This document shows, piece by piece, positions 17,888-27,517 of a DNA stretch of 64,000 bases. Source of the stretch: Bacteroidota bacterium (GTDB taxonomy: Bacteria; Bacteroidota; Bacteroidia; Bacteroidales; F082); assembly GCA_014382445.1 (NCBI GenBank), contig JACNJS010000010.1, forward strand, positions 20,198 through 84,197, in the 5' to 3' direction. The translations under genes were made by a program, and so were the position numbers. The notes under the pieces are model-generated. The model saw only the letters and a program-made list of their open reading frames with translations. It was not told the origin of the DNA and ran no database searches. Position 1 is the stretch's first letter. The number at the start of each line of letters is the position of its first letter.

Positions 17888-19651
17888 ATGGATAATTTTA
17901 TCGTATCGGCACGAAAATACCGTCCGGCAACTTTTCATCAGGTTGTTGGTCAGGATTCTATAACCGCAACACTGCAAAATGCTATTAAAAATAACCATCT
18001 TGCACAAGCATTTTTATTTACCGGTCCGCGCGGAGTTGGTAAAACAACTTGCGCCCGGATACTCGCAAAAACAATTAATTGTGATAAACTAACTGATGAG
18101 CTTGAGCCTTGCGACAAATGCGAATCCTGCACATCGTTTAACAATAATGCTTCATTTAATATTCACGAACTTGATGCCGCTTCAAATAACTCAGTTGACG
18201 ATATTAGAAATCTTGTTGAGCAAGTGCGTATTCCTCCGCAGATTGGAAATTACAAAGTTTACATAATTGATGAGGTACATATGCTTTCGCAAGCAGCTTT
18301 CAACGCATTTTTAAAAACACTTGAAGAACCTCCGGCATATGCAAAGTTTATTCTTGCTACAACAGAAAAACATAAAATAATACCGACAATACTTTCAAGA
18401 TGTCAAATATTTGATTTTAAACGCATTAATGTAGAAGACATCACTAATTATCTTGGCTATGTTGCCGAAAAGGAAAATATTGAAACTGAAATTGAAGCTC
18501 GTCATATAATTGCACAAAAAGCTGATGGCGCTTTACGAGATGCCCTTAGTACTTTTGACCAGATAGTTAGTTATAGTGGCAACAAGGTTTCATATAAAGA
18601 TGTAATTGAGAACCTTAATATACTTGACTACGAATATTATTTCACAGTTACTGACAGCCTGCTAAATAACGATATACCAAACCTGCTGTTAATTTTTAAT
18701 GAAATTATTGAGAATGGATTCGATGGTCAGCATTTTATTGTAGGATTATTGGAACATCTCCGCAGTTTATTGGTTTTAAAAAGCCCAGCAACAATTGGAT
18801 TGATGCACGCTAGTGGATCACTTAAAGAAAAATACTCACATCAGGCCGGTAACTGTTCAAGTGATTTTCTGTTAAACGCACTGCAAACATGTAACAAATT
18901 CGACCTCAGCTATAAAGGCAGTAGCAACAAAAGGCTTCACATTGAAATTGCTCTCCTTGAATTAAGCAGTATTACAGCAACGCCCTCATCCGCCGTACCA
19001 AATTTAGAAAGTAAAAAAAATGCTGTAAAGCCAATTATAGAAGAAAAGAAACCTGAATATAAACTTAGTCCGGCTCAAGTTGAAAAACCCATCGGCAAAA
19101 AAGATGATTCCGAAAAAAAACTACCGTCAGAGCAAACTTCGAAAAAAGAAGATAATGCTGCGAAAAAAATTACACCCGTAGATTCGGGTAATGGGCGAAA
19201 AATTAAGAATATATCAATAAAGCAAAGTCTTGAGGTACTAAGAAAGAAAAATGATGATATCAATGAGGTACCTGAAAGCATAATTGCAACAGAATTTTCA
19301 CTGGAAAAGCTTACAGAAATCTGGGAGTTGTTTATAGTATCTTATATCGCAAAATCGCCAAGCTTTGCCAACGCGATAGCTAAGTACAAGCCAGTATTAA
19401 AAGATGGGTTTGAGATTGAATACAAAGTTGACTCGATGATTATTGCAAAGGACACATTATCAGTTACATCACTTTTGGAGTTTTTAAAAAAAGAACTAAA
19501 CAACAACCTGATAACTCTTAAACCAATAACCCCCGAAAAAAACGAACAAAAAGTTGCCTATACTGATAGCGAAAAATTTGCAGAAATGACCAAAAAATAT
19601 CCCGAAATTCTTAAACTTAAAGATAAGCTAAATTTAGAGATTGAGTTTTAG
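17888..19651 (+). CDS. dnaX: DNA polymerase III subunit gamma/tau
   Basis: ARKYRPATFHQVVGQD, Walker A GPRGVGKTT, Zn module CDKLTDELEPCDKCESC, IIDEVHMLS, SRC motif ILSRCQ. K/E-rich linker and a tau-like C-terminus. Confidence 0.92.
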   Translation: MDNFIVSARKYRPATFHQVVGQDSITATLQNAIKNNHLAQAFLFTGPRGVGKTTCARILAKTINCDKLTDELEPCDKCESCTSFNNNASFNIHELDAASNNSVDDIRNLVEQVRIPPQIGNYKVYIIDEVHMLSQAAFNAFLKTLEEPPAYAKFILATTEKHKIIPTILSRCQIFDFKRINVEDITNYLGYVAEKENIETEIEARHIIAQKADGALRDALSTFDQIVSYSGNKVSYKDVIENLNILDYEYYFTVTDSLLNNDIPNLLLIFNEIIENGFDGQHFIVGLLEHLRSLLVLKSPATIGLMHASGSLKEKYSHQAGNCSSDFLLNALQTCNKFDLSYKGSSNKRLHIEIALLELSSITATPSSAVPNLESKKNAVKPIIEEKKPEYKLSPAQVEKPIGKKDDSEKKLPSEQTSKKEDNAAKKITPVDSGNGRKIKNISIKQSLEVLRKKNDDINEVPESIIATEFSLEKLTEIWELFIVSYIAKSPSFANAIAKYKPVLKDGFEIEYKVDSMIIAKDTLSVTSLLEFLKKELNNNLITLKPITPEKNEQKVAYTDSEKFAEMTKKYPEILKLKDKLNLEIEF

Positions 19652-19695
19652 TTGGCAGTCTTCAGTCAACTATGCCAGCATTCCATCCTTCCAAC

Positions 19696-20352
19696 CTAAA
19701 ACTCGTCAACATAATCAAGAATAACGCCCTTATATTTATCAGTTTGAAGCACTCGTATTAAGCCATTCATAGTGCTGAGCGGACCTTTAGTTACTGCCAA
19801 GTTAACAAGCCATGCCGGTATAGTACCGCCAATATCTACCTCAATTTCCAACGATACATGAACTTGTCCATCTTTAAGTGGATTAAGAGTCCATTGAGAA
19901 ATTATATACGGAATTCTGACACAATCTTCCTTATCAGGAAGAAAATCGGGCATGGCAACTGATAGTATAGTGATTGAATAATCAATATTATTCTGTTTCA
20001 AAGTTACATCAGTAATAAAATCACGGTCGGTGACAGGCCACGGAGCACTGATATGAGCATAATATTTCCATTTAAAGTCATTTGTAACTTCAATTATTTC
20101 AGCTTTTTCGTTTAAAAAAACCCAGGCACAGTGATTTTTAGCATCTTTAATTAAAGTAACAAGCTCTGATAATGTTGTTTCAACAACCGACTCAACTTTT
20201 ACCTTATTTATTTGGATATATGATACTTTCTTCACATAGGCTTTCACGTCACTATTAGTTTTAACTAATTTCCAATCCGACTCCTCCTGCCCGAGTGCCG
20301 CATTATTAAGAAAAAAAACTAAAACAAAAATACCTACATATTTAAATTTCAT
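19696..20352 (-). CDS. secreted START/SRPBCC-like lipid-binding protein
   Basis: Signal peptide; about 190-aa body with a START-like pattern (WKLVKTNSDVKAYVKK...PVTDRDFI...). Weak, by eye. Confidence 0.45.
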   Translation of the reverse strand: MKFKYVGIFVLVFFLNNAALGQEESDWKLVKTNSDVKAYVKKVSYIQINKVKVESVVETTLSELVTLIKDAKNHCAWVFLNEKAEIIEVTNDFKWKYYAHISAPWPVTDRDFITDVTLKQNNIDYSITILSVAMPDFLPDKEDCVRIPYIISQWTLNPLKDGQVHVSLEIEVDIGGTIPAWLVNLAVTKGPLSTMNGLIRVLQTDKYKGVILDYVDEF

Positions 20353-20455
20353 CTGCAGCGTGAAAGTTTAAAATAACGCGCAAATATAGAATAATTCGCT
20401 TCGGATGCGATTTTTAGGTTTTGAAGTTGTTGTCCCGAAAACTTTAAACCAAAAC

Positions 20456-20833
20456 TTAATCAACCTCAACAACTACTTCATCACTTTGCCACAAGCCGTG
20501 TTTTGTACAGAAAGCCATAGCTGTGAGCTTAAGGTTATTATTAGGTACAATATGAAAGTCTACTTCAACATGCCCGGGTGCATTACCAAGTGTGCCTGGA
20601 GCAAAGGATGCTTGTCCCAGCATAAACTCACCATTCCATAATTGAACATATGCTATATAATGATCAAAATCATCAGGGTGAACATATTCATCGCCAAGTT
20701 TAACTTTAACAGCAAACTTATGGCCCTTTACAGCTTTATTCTTGCAATGAATAAATGGTGAATGACGGTCGATGTAATCCTTTTTTGCTTCTCTGTCGAT
20801 TGTTGAAATGTCAACGTATCTGTTAATTTTCAT
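20456..20833 (-). CDS. superoxide reductase-like (class II SORL / neelaredoxin-type) protein
   Basis: All 1Fe-SOR ligand positions are recognisable: DRHSPFI (EKHVP equivalent), VHPDDFDHYIAYVQLW, FCTKHGLW (C-x2-H). Confidence 0.75.
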   Translation of the reverse strand: MKINRYVDISTIDREAKKDYIDRHSPFIHCKNKAVKGHKFAVKVKLGDEYVHPDDFDHYIAYVQLWNGEFMLGQASFAPGTLGNAPGHVEVDFHIVPNNNLKLTAMAFCTKHGLWQSDEVVVEVD

Positions 20834-21130
20834 GATTTAAATGTTTATTTATAATTAATCTAAATTGCAAAAGTAGATGTTTTTATTAAAAAAACAAACA
20901 GTTAATTAAAACCAGAAAATCTTTTTTTTTTATCTCTAAACTACTTTTTTCATATATTTACCCCTTCGTATAAAACATACAAGCAAAATCAAATGTGCAT
21001 CAATGAAATCAAAACCAAAACATCATGAATTAAGTAGTGAAAATGAACTACTTCAGCAACAATTAAAAAGTCGGGGAGATGAAGAGAACTACTCCTTATT
21101 TTTCAAAAACAATTAGAAAAACGCAAAGCG

Positions 21131-24100
21131 ATGACTAAAATAGCAAAAAACAAAAAGCGAATATTATTGGTTGAAGATGATGGCATCATAGTAACCCGCT
21201 TAAAAAGTATTCTTCAGAAATTTGGATATGAAACCGTTGATGTACTGGCTTACGGCGAGGACGTAATTGATCAGGTAAACAAGGAACTGCCCGATTTGGT
21301 AATACTTGACATCCGGCTTTCGGGCGAAATTAACGGTGTGGAAGTTGCCGAACAACTTAAAGCTAAGTATGATATTCCCGTAATTTTCATAACAGCCTTT
21401 TCCGACGAAAAACTCCTCGAACAGGCAAGGTTAACCGAGCCATACGCGTACCTCATCAAACCTATTAACGAAAGGGAGCTTTATGCCACTATAGAGTTGG
21501 TGTTGTTCCGGCATGAGGTGGAAACCAAATTAAAAAAGAGCGAGGAGAAATATCGCCTTTTGGCTACAAATACGCTCGATACAATATGGACAACCGACCT
21601 TGAATTCAATATGACTTACGTAAACAATGCTATATTCAACTTCTTAGGATACTCGCCGGAAGAGTTTTTAGGTATGAATCCTGCTGTTTTCACAACGCCC
21701 GAGGGGATGAAAACTATCCGGCATGAAGCTGAACGATTATTTTCCAACTATAAAGAAGGAGAAATCGGGCAGGTCAAGTTTGAAGTCCGGCAATTAAAAA
21801 AGGATGGCACCAAAATTGACGTTGAGATCACAGGTAACCTGCTTCTTGATAATGCAGGTCAAATAATCGGTTTCCAGGGCAGATCAATCGATATCACCGA
21901 ACGCATACAGGCTGATAATGCTTTGCTGGAGAGTGAAGCCAAGTTTAAGTTTCTCACCGACCATACTTTCGAGTGGGAATACTGGGTTGATAATAATGGA
22001 AAGTACTTATATATTTCACCTGCCTGCGAAAAAGTAAGCGGCTATACTGCTACACAGTTTATTGAAAACCCGGATTTGTTTTTTGAGATAATCGTGCCAG
22101 ATTTTAGAGAAAAAGTTCAGGAACATTTTGATGAAGCAAAAGGGGAGATACATTTTGATCATTCCCTGGAATTTCTAATTACAAAACCCGATGGCGAATG
22201 CCGCTGGATTGAGCATTATTGTAATCCTGTTTTTGATAAAGAAGGTAATCACCAAGGACGCAGGGGTGTAAACCGTGATATAACTGAATTTAAAAAATCT
22301 CACGACCTGCTAATAAAATTAGAACATGCAATTACCAATTCCACAGATATTGTTTTTATGACCAACGAGAACAGAGTGTTTACCTTTGTTAATCCCCGCT
22401 TTACCGAAGTATATGGATATGAAGCCGATGAACTAATCGGCATCCGTACTCCCGGCATACTAAATAGCCAACAAACCACTAAAAAACAGCATAACATTTT
22501 CTGGAATAAAGTGCTTAAAAATAATAAGCTTATTGTTCAGATTGTGAATAAATGTAAGGATGGGAAATTAATAAATATTGAAGCATCTGTTAATACATTA
22601 ATTGATGATTCGGGAAAAACTATAGGGTATCTGGCCATCCAGCGCGACATTACGAAGCGGATTGAAGCCGAAAAAACACGGCGTGAGGCTAAGGCTTTTC
22701 TTGAAAATGTATTAAATACGACTCCCAGTGCGGTTTTTTCTGTAGATACCAAAAAACGTATAACAAGCTGGAATAGAATGGCAGAAACAATAACCGGATT
22801 TTCAGCAAAAGAAGCCATAGGAAAATATTGTGATTTCTTGAATTCTGAAAGCTGCTCCCATGGCTGCCCTTTGTTTGATGAAGAGGTTAAAAAACCCGGC
22901 ATTTTTAAAAGTTGTTTGATAAAAGCGAAGGACGGAACAGAGGTAAATACATTGAAAATTTTTGATTTGTTACGTTCGCGGGATGGAGAAATTATTGGAG
23001 GTATCGAAAGCTTTATTGACGTTACCCAACAAACAAAAGCCGAGCAAATTCAAAAGGTTATCCTGAATATAGCCAATGCAACCCAATTTGCTACGGATTT
23101 GAAAGAAACCATGCAGATCATTCAGAAAGAATTGGGACTATTAATGGATACAAAAAACTTTTTTGTCGCACTGTACGATGCAGAAACCGATAGTATTAAC
23201 CTGCCTTACTTTGAAGATGAAAAGGATGATATTGCTACTTTTCCTGCCGGAAAAACACTTACCGGATTGGTTATTAAACAAGGGCAATCGCTTTTAATCG
23301 ATGATGCCGCAGCTAAAAAACTTGAAGAAGAAGGAAAGATTGAAAAGGTGGGTTTTGATTCGGAAATATGGCTGGGTGTGCCTCTAAAAATGAAAGGTGA
23401 AATAACCGGAGCCTTTGTATTACAGAGTTATACAAACCCCAATGCATATACCGAAAGTGATAAGGAGGTGCTGGAAATCATCTCATACCAGGTCAGCCTT
23501 TCAATTGAACGTAAAAAAGCCGAACAGGAACTAAAAGATGCGCTTGTAAGAGCTACCGAATCCGACCGTTTGAAAACTGCATTTTTACAAAATATTAGTC
23601 ATGAAATACGCACACCAATGAACGGTATATTGGGGTTCACCTCTTTACTGCAGGAACCAGGCCTTACAGGTGAGCAACGCCAAGAATATATTGACATTAT
23701 CGAAATAAGCGGCAATCGCATGCTGAATACAATTAACGACATCATGGATATCTCGATGGTAGAAACCGGTCAGGTTAAATTATATTTGTCGTTAACCAAC
23801 GTAAACAATGAATTACTTAACCTTTATAAATTTTTCAGGTCTGAAGTTGAAAAAAAGGGAATGCAATTTACCTACAAAACAGCATTACCCGATAAAGATG
23901 TTAATATTAATACCGACCGCGACAGATTCTATGCCATACTTTCAAATCTTATTAAAAATGCAATAAAATACAGCCACAAAGGAAGTATTGATTTTGGTTA
24001 TGAGAAAAAGGGTGAGTACATTGAGTTTTATGTTAACGATACAGGAATAGGAATACCCGAAAACAGACAAAAAGCCGTTTTTGAGCGCTTCGTTCAGGCT

Positions 24101-24673
24101 GATATTGAAGATGTTCATGTTTTTGAAGGCTCCGGATTAGGTTTGTCGATTTGCAAGGCTTATGTTGAACTGCTTGATGGGCAAATATGGCTCGAATCAG
24201 TTGAAGGCAAAGGTTCGAAGTTTTATTTTACGATACCCTGTAGTACTGATAAAAAGGATGTAACTACCATTGATGATGAAATCGTTTCGGTACCGGAAAT
24301 GGCTGCTTCTTCAAAAAAACTTAGTATCCTTATTGCCGAAGATGAAGAGATTGCTGATGCATATCTGTCAATAATTCTAAAAGATGTAAGCAGGAAAATC
24401 CTTCATGCCAAAACCGGACTGGATACTATTACAATAGTACGCGATAATCCCACCATTAATTTAATATTAATGGACATCAAAATGCCTATTGTGAGCGGTT
24501 ATGAGGCCACGAGGCAAATACGTAAGTTTAATAAAAATGTTGTTATCATTGCCCAAACAGCCTACGCTTTAGAAGGCGACCGGGAAAAAGCTATTGAAGC
24601 CGGCTGCAATGATTATATTTCAAAACCCATTGATAAGGATGAGCTTATGGAGATGATAGGTAGGCTGGTTTAA
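21131..24673 (+). CDS. hybrid sensor histidine kinase: REC - multiple PAS - GAF - HisKA - HATPase_c - REC
   Basis: N-terminal REC (ILLVEDDG...LVILDIRL). PAS boundaries ITERI/ITEFK/ITKRI. GAF (IWLGVPLKMKGEITGAFVLQSYT). H-box ISHEIRTPMNGI. NLIKNAIKYS / DTGIGIP / GSGLGLSI. C-terminal REC (ILIAEDEE..LILMDIKMP). Confidence 0.9.
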   Translation: MTKIAKNKKRILLVEDDGIIVTRLKSILQKFGYETVDVLAYGEDVIDQVNKELPDLVILDIRLSGEINGVEVAEQLKAKYDIPVIFITAFSDEKLLEQARLTEPYAYLIKPINERELYATIELVLFRHEVETKLKKSEEKYRLLATNTLDTIWTTDLEFNMTYVNNAIFNFLGYSPEEFLGMNPAVFTTPEGMKTIRHEAERLFSNYKEGEIGQVKFEVRQLKKDGTKIDVEITGNLLLDNAGQIIGFQGRSIDITERIQADNALLESEAKFKFLTDHTFEWEYWVDNNGKYLYISPACEKVSGYTATQFIENPDLFFEIIVPDFREKVQEHFDEAKGEIHFDHSLEFLITKPDGECRWIEHYCNPVFDKEGNHQGRRGVNRDITEFKKSHDLLIKLEHAITNSTDIVFMTNENRVFTFVNPRFTEVYGYEADELIGIRTPGILNSQQTTKKQHNIFWNKVLKNNKLIVQIVNKCKDGKLINIEASVNTLIDDSGKTIGYLAIQRDITKRIEAEKTRREAKAFLENVLNTTPSAVFSVDTKKRITSWNRMAETITGFSAKEAIGKYCDFLNSESCSHGCPLFDEEVKKPGIFKSCLIKAKDGTEVNTLKIFDLLRSRDGEIIGGIESFIDVTQQTKAEQIQKVILNIANATQFATDLKETMQIIQKELGLLMDTKNFFVALYDAETDSINLPYFEDEKDDIATFPAGKTLTGLVIKQGQSLLIDDAAAKKLEEEGKIEKVGFDSEIWLGVPLKMKGEITGAFVLQSYTNPNAYTESDKEVLEIISYQVSLSIERKKAEQELKDALVRATESDRLKTAFLQNISHEIRTPMNGILGFTSLLQEPGLTGEQRQEYIDIIEISGNRMLNTINDIMDISMVETGQVKLYLSLTNVNNELLNLYKFFRSEVEKKGMQFTYKTALPDKDVNINTDRDRFYAILSNLIKNAIKYSHKGSIDFGYEKKGEYIEFYVNDTGIGIPENRQKAVFERFVQADIEDVHVFEGSGLGLSICKAYVELLDGQIWLESVEGKGSKFYFTIPCSTDKKDVTTIDDEIVSVPEMAASSKKLSILIAEDEEIADAYLSIILKDVSRKILHAKTGLDTITIVRDNPTINLILMDIKMPIVSGYEATRQIRKFNKNVVIIAQTAYALEGDREKAIEAGCNDYISKPIDKDELMEMIGRLV

Positions 24674-25117
24674 GACTTCCCTGTCATATCGAGACCCAAC
24701 ACCCCCGGAAAAGTGGGCGCACATAGTGTGATGACAAAAATTCCAAATCTCAAAAATCATGAATTTTGTTTTATCATCGGATTTATCGGATTAAACGAAT
24801 TTTCGTTTTTCGCATTGCGAAAAACTAATCTGCTAAATCCGTTAAATCTGATGATGGTTTTCTCATAATTTTTCATTAACTATTCTACATTCAAAATGTA
24901 CTTGATAATTATCTAATATACAATATGTTCGCATAAGTTGTCATTGGTAACCGACCGTAGGGAGCGTGATATATCCCCTAAAAAAACCCACCTCAATTCC
25001 ATAACCTAACAAGATGAAATGTCCCCGGGAGATGTCTCGACGCAATCCGCCAAAAGGCGGAAAGCTTACCTCGACAGGACAGCATGGTTTCTGTTATATT
25101 AAAATTAATTGTATATT
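24674..25117. repeat. ~440-bp non-coding repeat, copy A (paired with 38525-38947)
   Basis: Starts right after the kinase stop codon. Colinear with copy B, including a 136-bp identical run (24818-24953 = 38663-38798). Contains AATCCG(T/A)TTAATCCG-type low-complexity DNA and GC hairpins (ccgccaaaaggcgg). Confidence 0.85.
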
Positions 25118-25183
25118 ACGAGCACAATTAAAAAGTGTCTTTTGTATTAAAAATGTACATTGATTTTTTAAAAAAGTTAAATA

Positions 25184-27514
25184 ATGAATAAACCTCATAA
25201 AGACCCGCTCAATATCCGCAAATATGCTATGTATAGTGCAATTTTATGGACATTATTAATAGCTGCTTCTTTATTATGGAACATAAAATTATTAAACCGT
25301 GAAGCCTTAAACCGCGCATATATTTATACTAAAGTTGGTTTTGAAAAAGATTTAATATTAAGACGCTGGATTTCGGAGCATGGTAGCGTATATGTAAAAA
25401 TTGACAGTGCTACCCAACCAAACCCATACCTTTCTGACATTCCTTACCGCGATATAAGTATTGACTCTGATTTAAATCTAACACTAATTAACCCAGCATA
25501 CCTGACAAGGCAAATCCATGAAATACAGGAGCAGTTTACCGAAGTACGCGGACATATTACAAGCTTAAATCCAATTCGTCCCGAAAACGCACCTGATTCA
25601 TGGGAGGTAATAGCTCTTGAATCATTCGAAAATGGCGAACCTGAGTATTACGGTATAGATACACTAAACGGTATGAAATATTACAGGTATATGCAACCGC
25701 TACTAACCGAACATAGCTGTTTGGCATGTCATGCAAAACAAGGGTATAAGCTAAATGAAATACGGGGAGGAATAAGTATCTCATATCCTCTGGATCGGAT
25801 TTACCAGCTATCAAACATAAATTTACATAATCACTTTTTATTACACTTTGTAATATGGTTATTCGGACTGGGAGTTGTTGCATTTGCATATTGGCGTATT
25901 AAAAAAAGCGATAATAAGCGTATTGATGCTGAAGATTCTCTACTTAACTTAAACAAAGAGCTCGAAAGAAAAGTGGAACTACGCAGTCTGGAACTCCAAA
26001 AGTCGAGTTACAACTGGGAAAATATTTTCAACACACTTGAAACACCGGCACAATTAATTGATAAAAATCACATAATCAAATATGTTAATGAATCAACTCT
26101 GAAAATTTTTAAAACCCAACGCGAGGAACTGATTGGGAAAAAATGCCATACCATATTTCACCTGAGTGATTCTCCTCCAATGGACTGCCCGCTGGTAAGT
26201 GCTTTGAATTCAAATCAACCTTTCAGTAACGAAATGCTCATTGAAGCGCAAGGGACAACGTATATTGTTTCATGCTCGCCCATTTATGATACCGAAGGAA
26301 ATATTGAGCACTTTATCCATATTATGACCGATATTTCGGAACGTAAAGAGATGGAAATCATATTAAAAGAAAGCCAACAACGTTTCGAAACCCTATTTAA
26401 TTCTAGTACAGATGCAATGTTTGTTCATCCTTATAGTGAATCAGGATTTAATAATTTTATTGAGGTCAATCATTATGCTTGTGAAATGTTAGGTTATAGC
26501 CGCGAGGAATTATTAAACGTTACCGCGATTGATATCAGCAGTAAACCCGATGCTGAATTTGAAGCTGCTGAAGCAAATCGAAGAAAGCTTAGTCGTGAAA
26601 AGAGAAGTGTATTCGAGGCAAAAATGATCAAAAAGAACGGTGACGTTTTCCCTGTTGAAATTATCTCAATTATTTTTAATTATCAAAACCAACAAGCGAT
26701 AATGTCGGTAGTTCGTGATATATCGGAACGAAAAAAAATAGATGAAGAAGTTAAACAATTAAATAAGGACCTTGATAGAAGAATAAAAGAATTATCTTTT
26801 CTTCTGGAAGTAAGTCAAACGCTCATTCGAACGCAGGAATTGGAAAAAATCTTACAAACAATTACCGATTTTTCTACCCAATTGATTTCTTTAGATAGTG
26901 CTGCTATATACTTGGTGCAAGGTGAAAAACTTTATCTGGGCGCTGCAACACCTCAAATTTCATCTGATTTTCCTGAAGAATTCAGATATGCTACTTTAGT
27001 AGATCACCCACATATTTTAAAATGTATACTAACTGCTGAACCCCATACTATTCCTGACTTGGAAAAAGCTGAGCTTACTGCTGCAGAAAAGGAAATATTG
27101 AAAGTAAGAAGTTTCAAAACTCTTTTATATATACCATTAATGATTGAATCTCGTGCAGTTGGAGTTTTAATATTAGGAACATTTGAAACTATTCGGGAAT
27201 TTACAAAACACGAAATCGATTTATTTATTACGCTTTCAGTTCAATCGGCACTAACAATTGAAAATGCGTTATTGTACAAGGAATCAATTACCCATTCTGA
27301 AAAATTAGAAACTAACATAAAGCAATTAACAAAAGCTGAAAAGGAAATTGTTATACTAAATGCAGACCTTGAAAAGAAAATTAAAGTTCGAACTCAACAA
27401 ATCGAAGAAAAAAACAAAGAACTCGAACGAATAAATAAACTATTTGTAGGTCGAGAATTACGGATGGCAGAATTGAAAAAAGAAATCGATGAATTGAAAA
27501 AAGGAAATAGTTGA
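25184..27514 (+). CDS. haem-c (DUF3365/Tll0287-like) periplasmic sensor - TM - PAS - PAS - GAF - coiled coil, no output domain
   Basis: N-terminal TM, periplasmic domain with CxxCH (HSCLACHAKQGYK), second TM (FLLHFVIWLFGLGVVAFAYW). PAS boundaries ISERKE/ISERKK. GAF-like region. Ends in the coiled coil LFVGRELRMAELKKEIDELKKGNS. No H-box or ATPase motifs. Confidence 0.7.
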   Translation: MNKPHKDPLNIRKYAMYSAILWTLLIAASLLWNIKLLNREALNRAYIYTKVGFEKDLILRRWISEHGSVYVKIDSATQPNPYLSDIPYRDISIDSDLNLTLINPAYLTRQIHEIQEQFTEVRGHITSLNPIRPENAPDSWEVIALESFENGEPEYYGIDTLNGMKYYRYMQPLLTEHSCLACHAKQGYKLNEIRGGISISYPLDRIYQLSNINLHNHFLLHFVIWLFGLGVVAFAYWRIKKSDNKRIDAEDSLLNLNKELERKVELRSLELQKSSYNWENIFNTLETPAQLIDKNHIIKYVNESTLKIFKTQREELIGKKCHTIFHLSDSPPMDCPLVSALNSNQPFSNEMLIEAQGTTYIVSCSPIYDTEGNIEHFIHIMTDISERKEMEIILKESQQRFETLFNSSTDAMFVHPYSESGFNNFIEVNHYACEMLGYSREELLNVTAIDISSKPDAEFEAAEANRRKLSREKRSVFEAKMIKKNGDVFPVEIISIIFNYQNQQAIMSVVRDISERKKIDEEVKQLNKDLDRRIKELSFLLEVSQTLIRTQELEKILQTITDFSTQLISLDSAAIYLVQGEKLYLGAATPQISSDFPEEFRYATLVDHPHILKCILTAEPHTIPDLEKAELTAAEKEILKVRSFKTLLYIPLMIESRAVGVLILGTFETIREFTKHEIDLFITLSVQSALTIENALLYKESITHSEKLETNIKQLTKAEKEIVILNADLEKKIKVRTQQIEEKNKELERINKLFVGRELRMAELKKEIDELKKGNS

Positions 27515-27517
27515 TAG

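Noticed and set aside
21003-21116. 37-codon ORF (MKSKPKHHELSSENELLQQQLKSRGDEENYSLFFKNN) just upstream of the first hybrid kinase
   Set aside because: Too short and unsupported. It could be a leader peptide or a remnant of a coiled-coil N-terminus, but there is no second copy or motif to back it.
24757-24876. 39-codon minus-strand ORF (MKNYEKTIIRFNGFSRLVFRNAKNENSFNPINPMIKQNS) conserved in both copies of the 420-bp repeat
   Set aside because: Its conservation is explained by the near-identity of the repeat itself. The .FNP.NP part derives from low-complexity AATCCG(T/A)TTAATCCG DNA. Differences between copies are non-synonymous. Not called as a gene, but ribosome profiling could overturn this.
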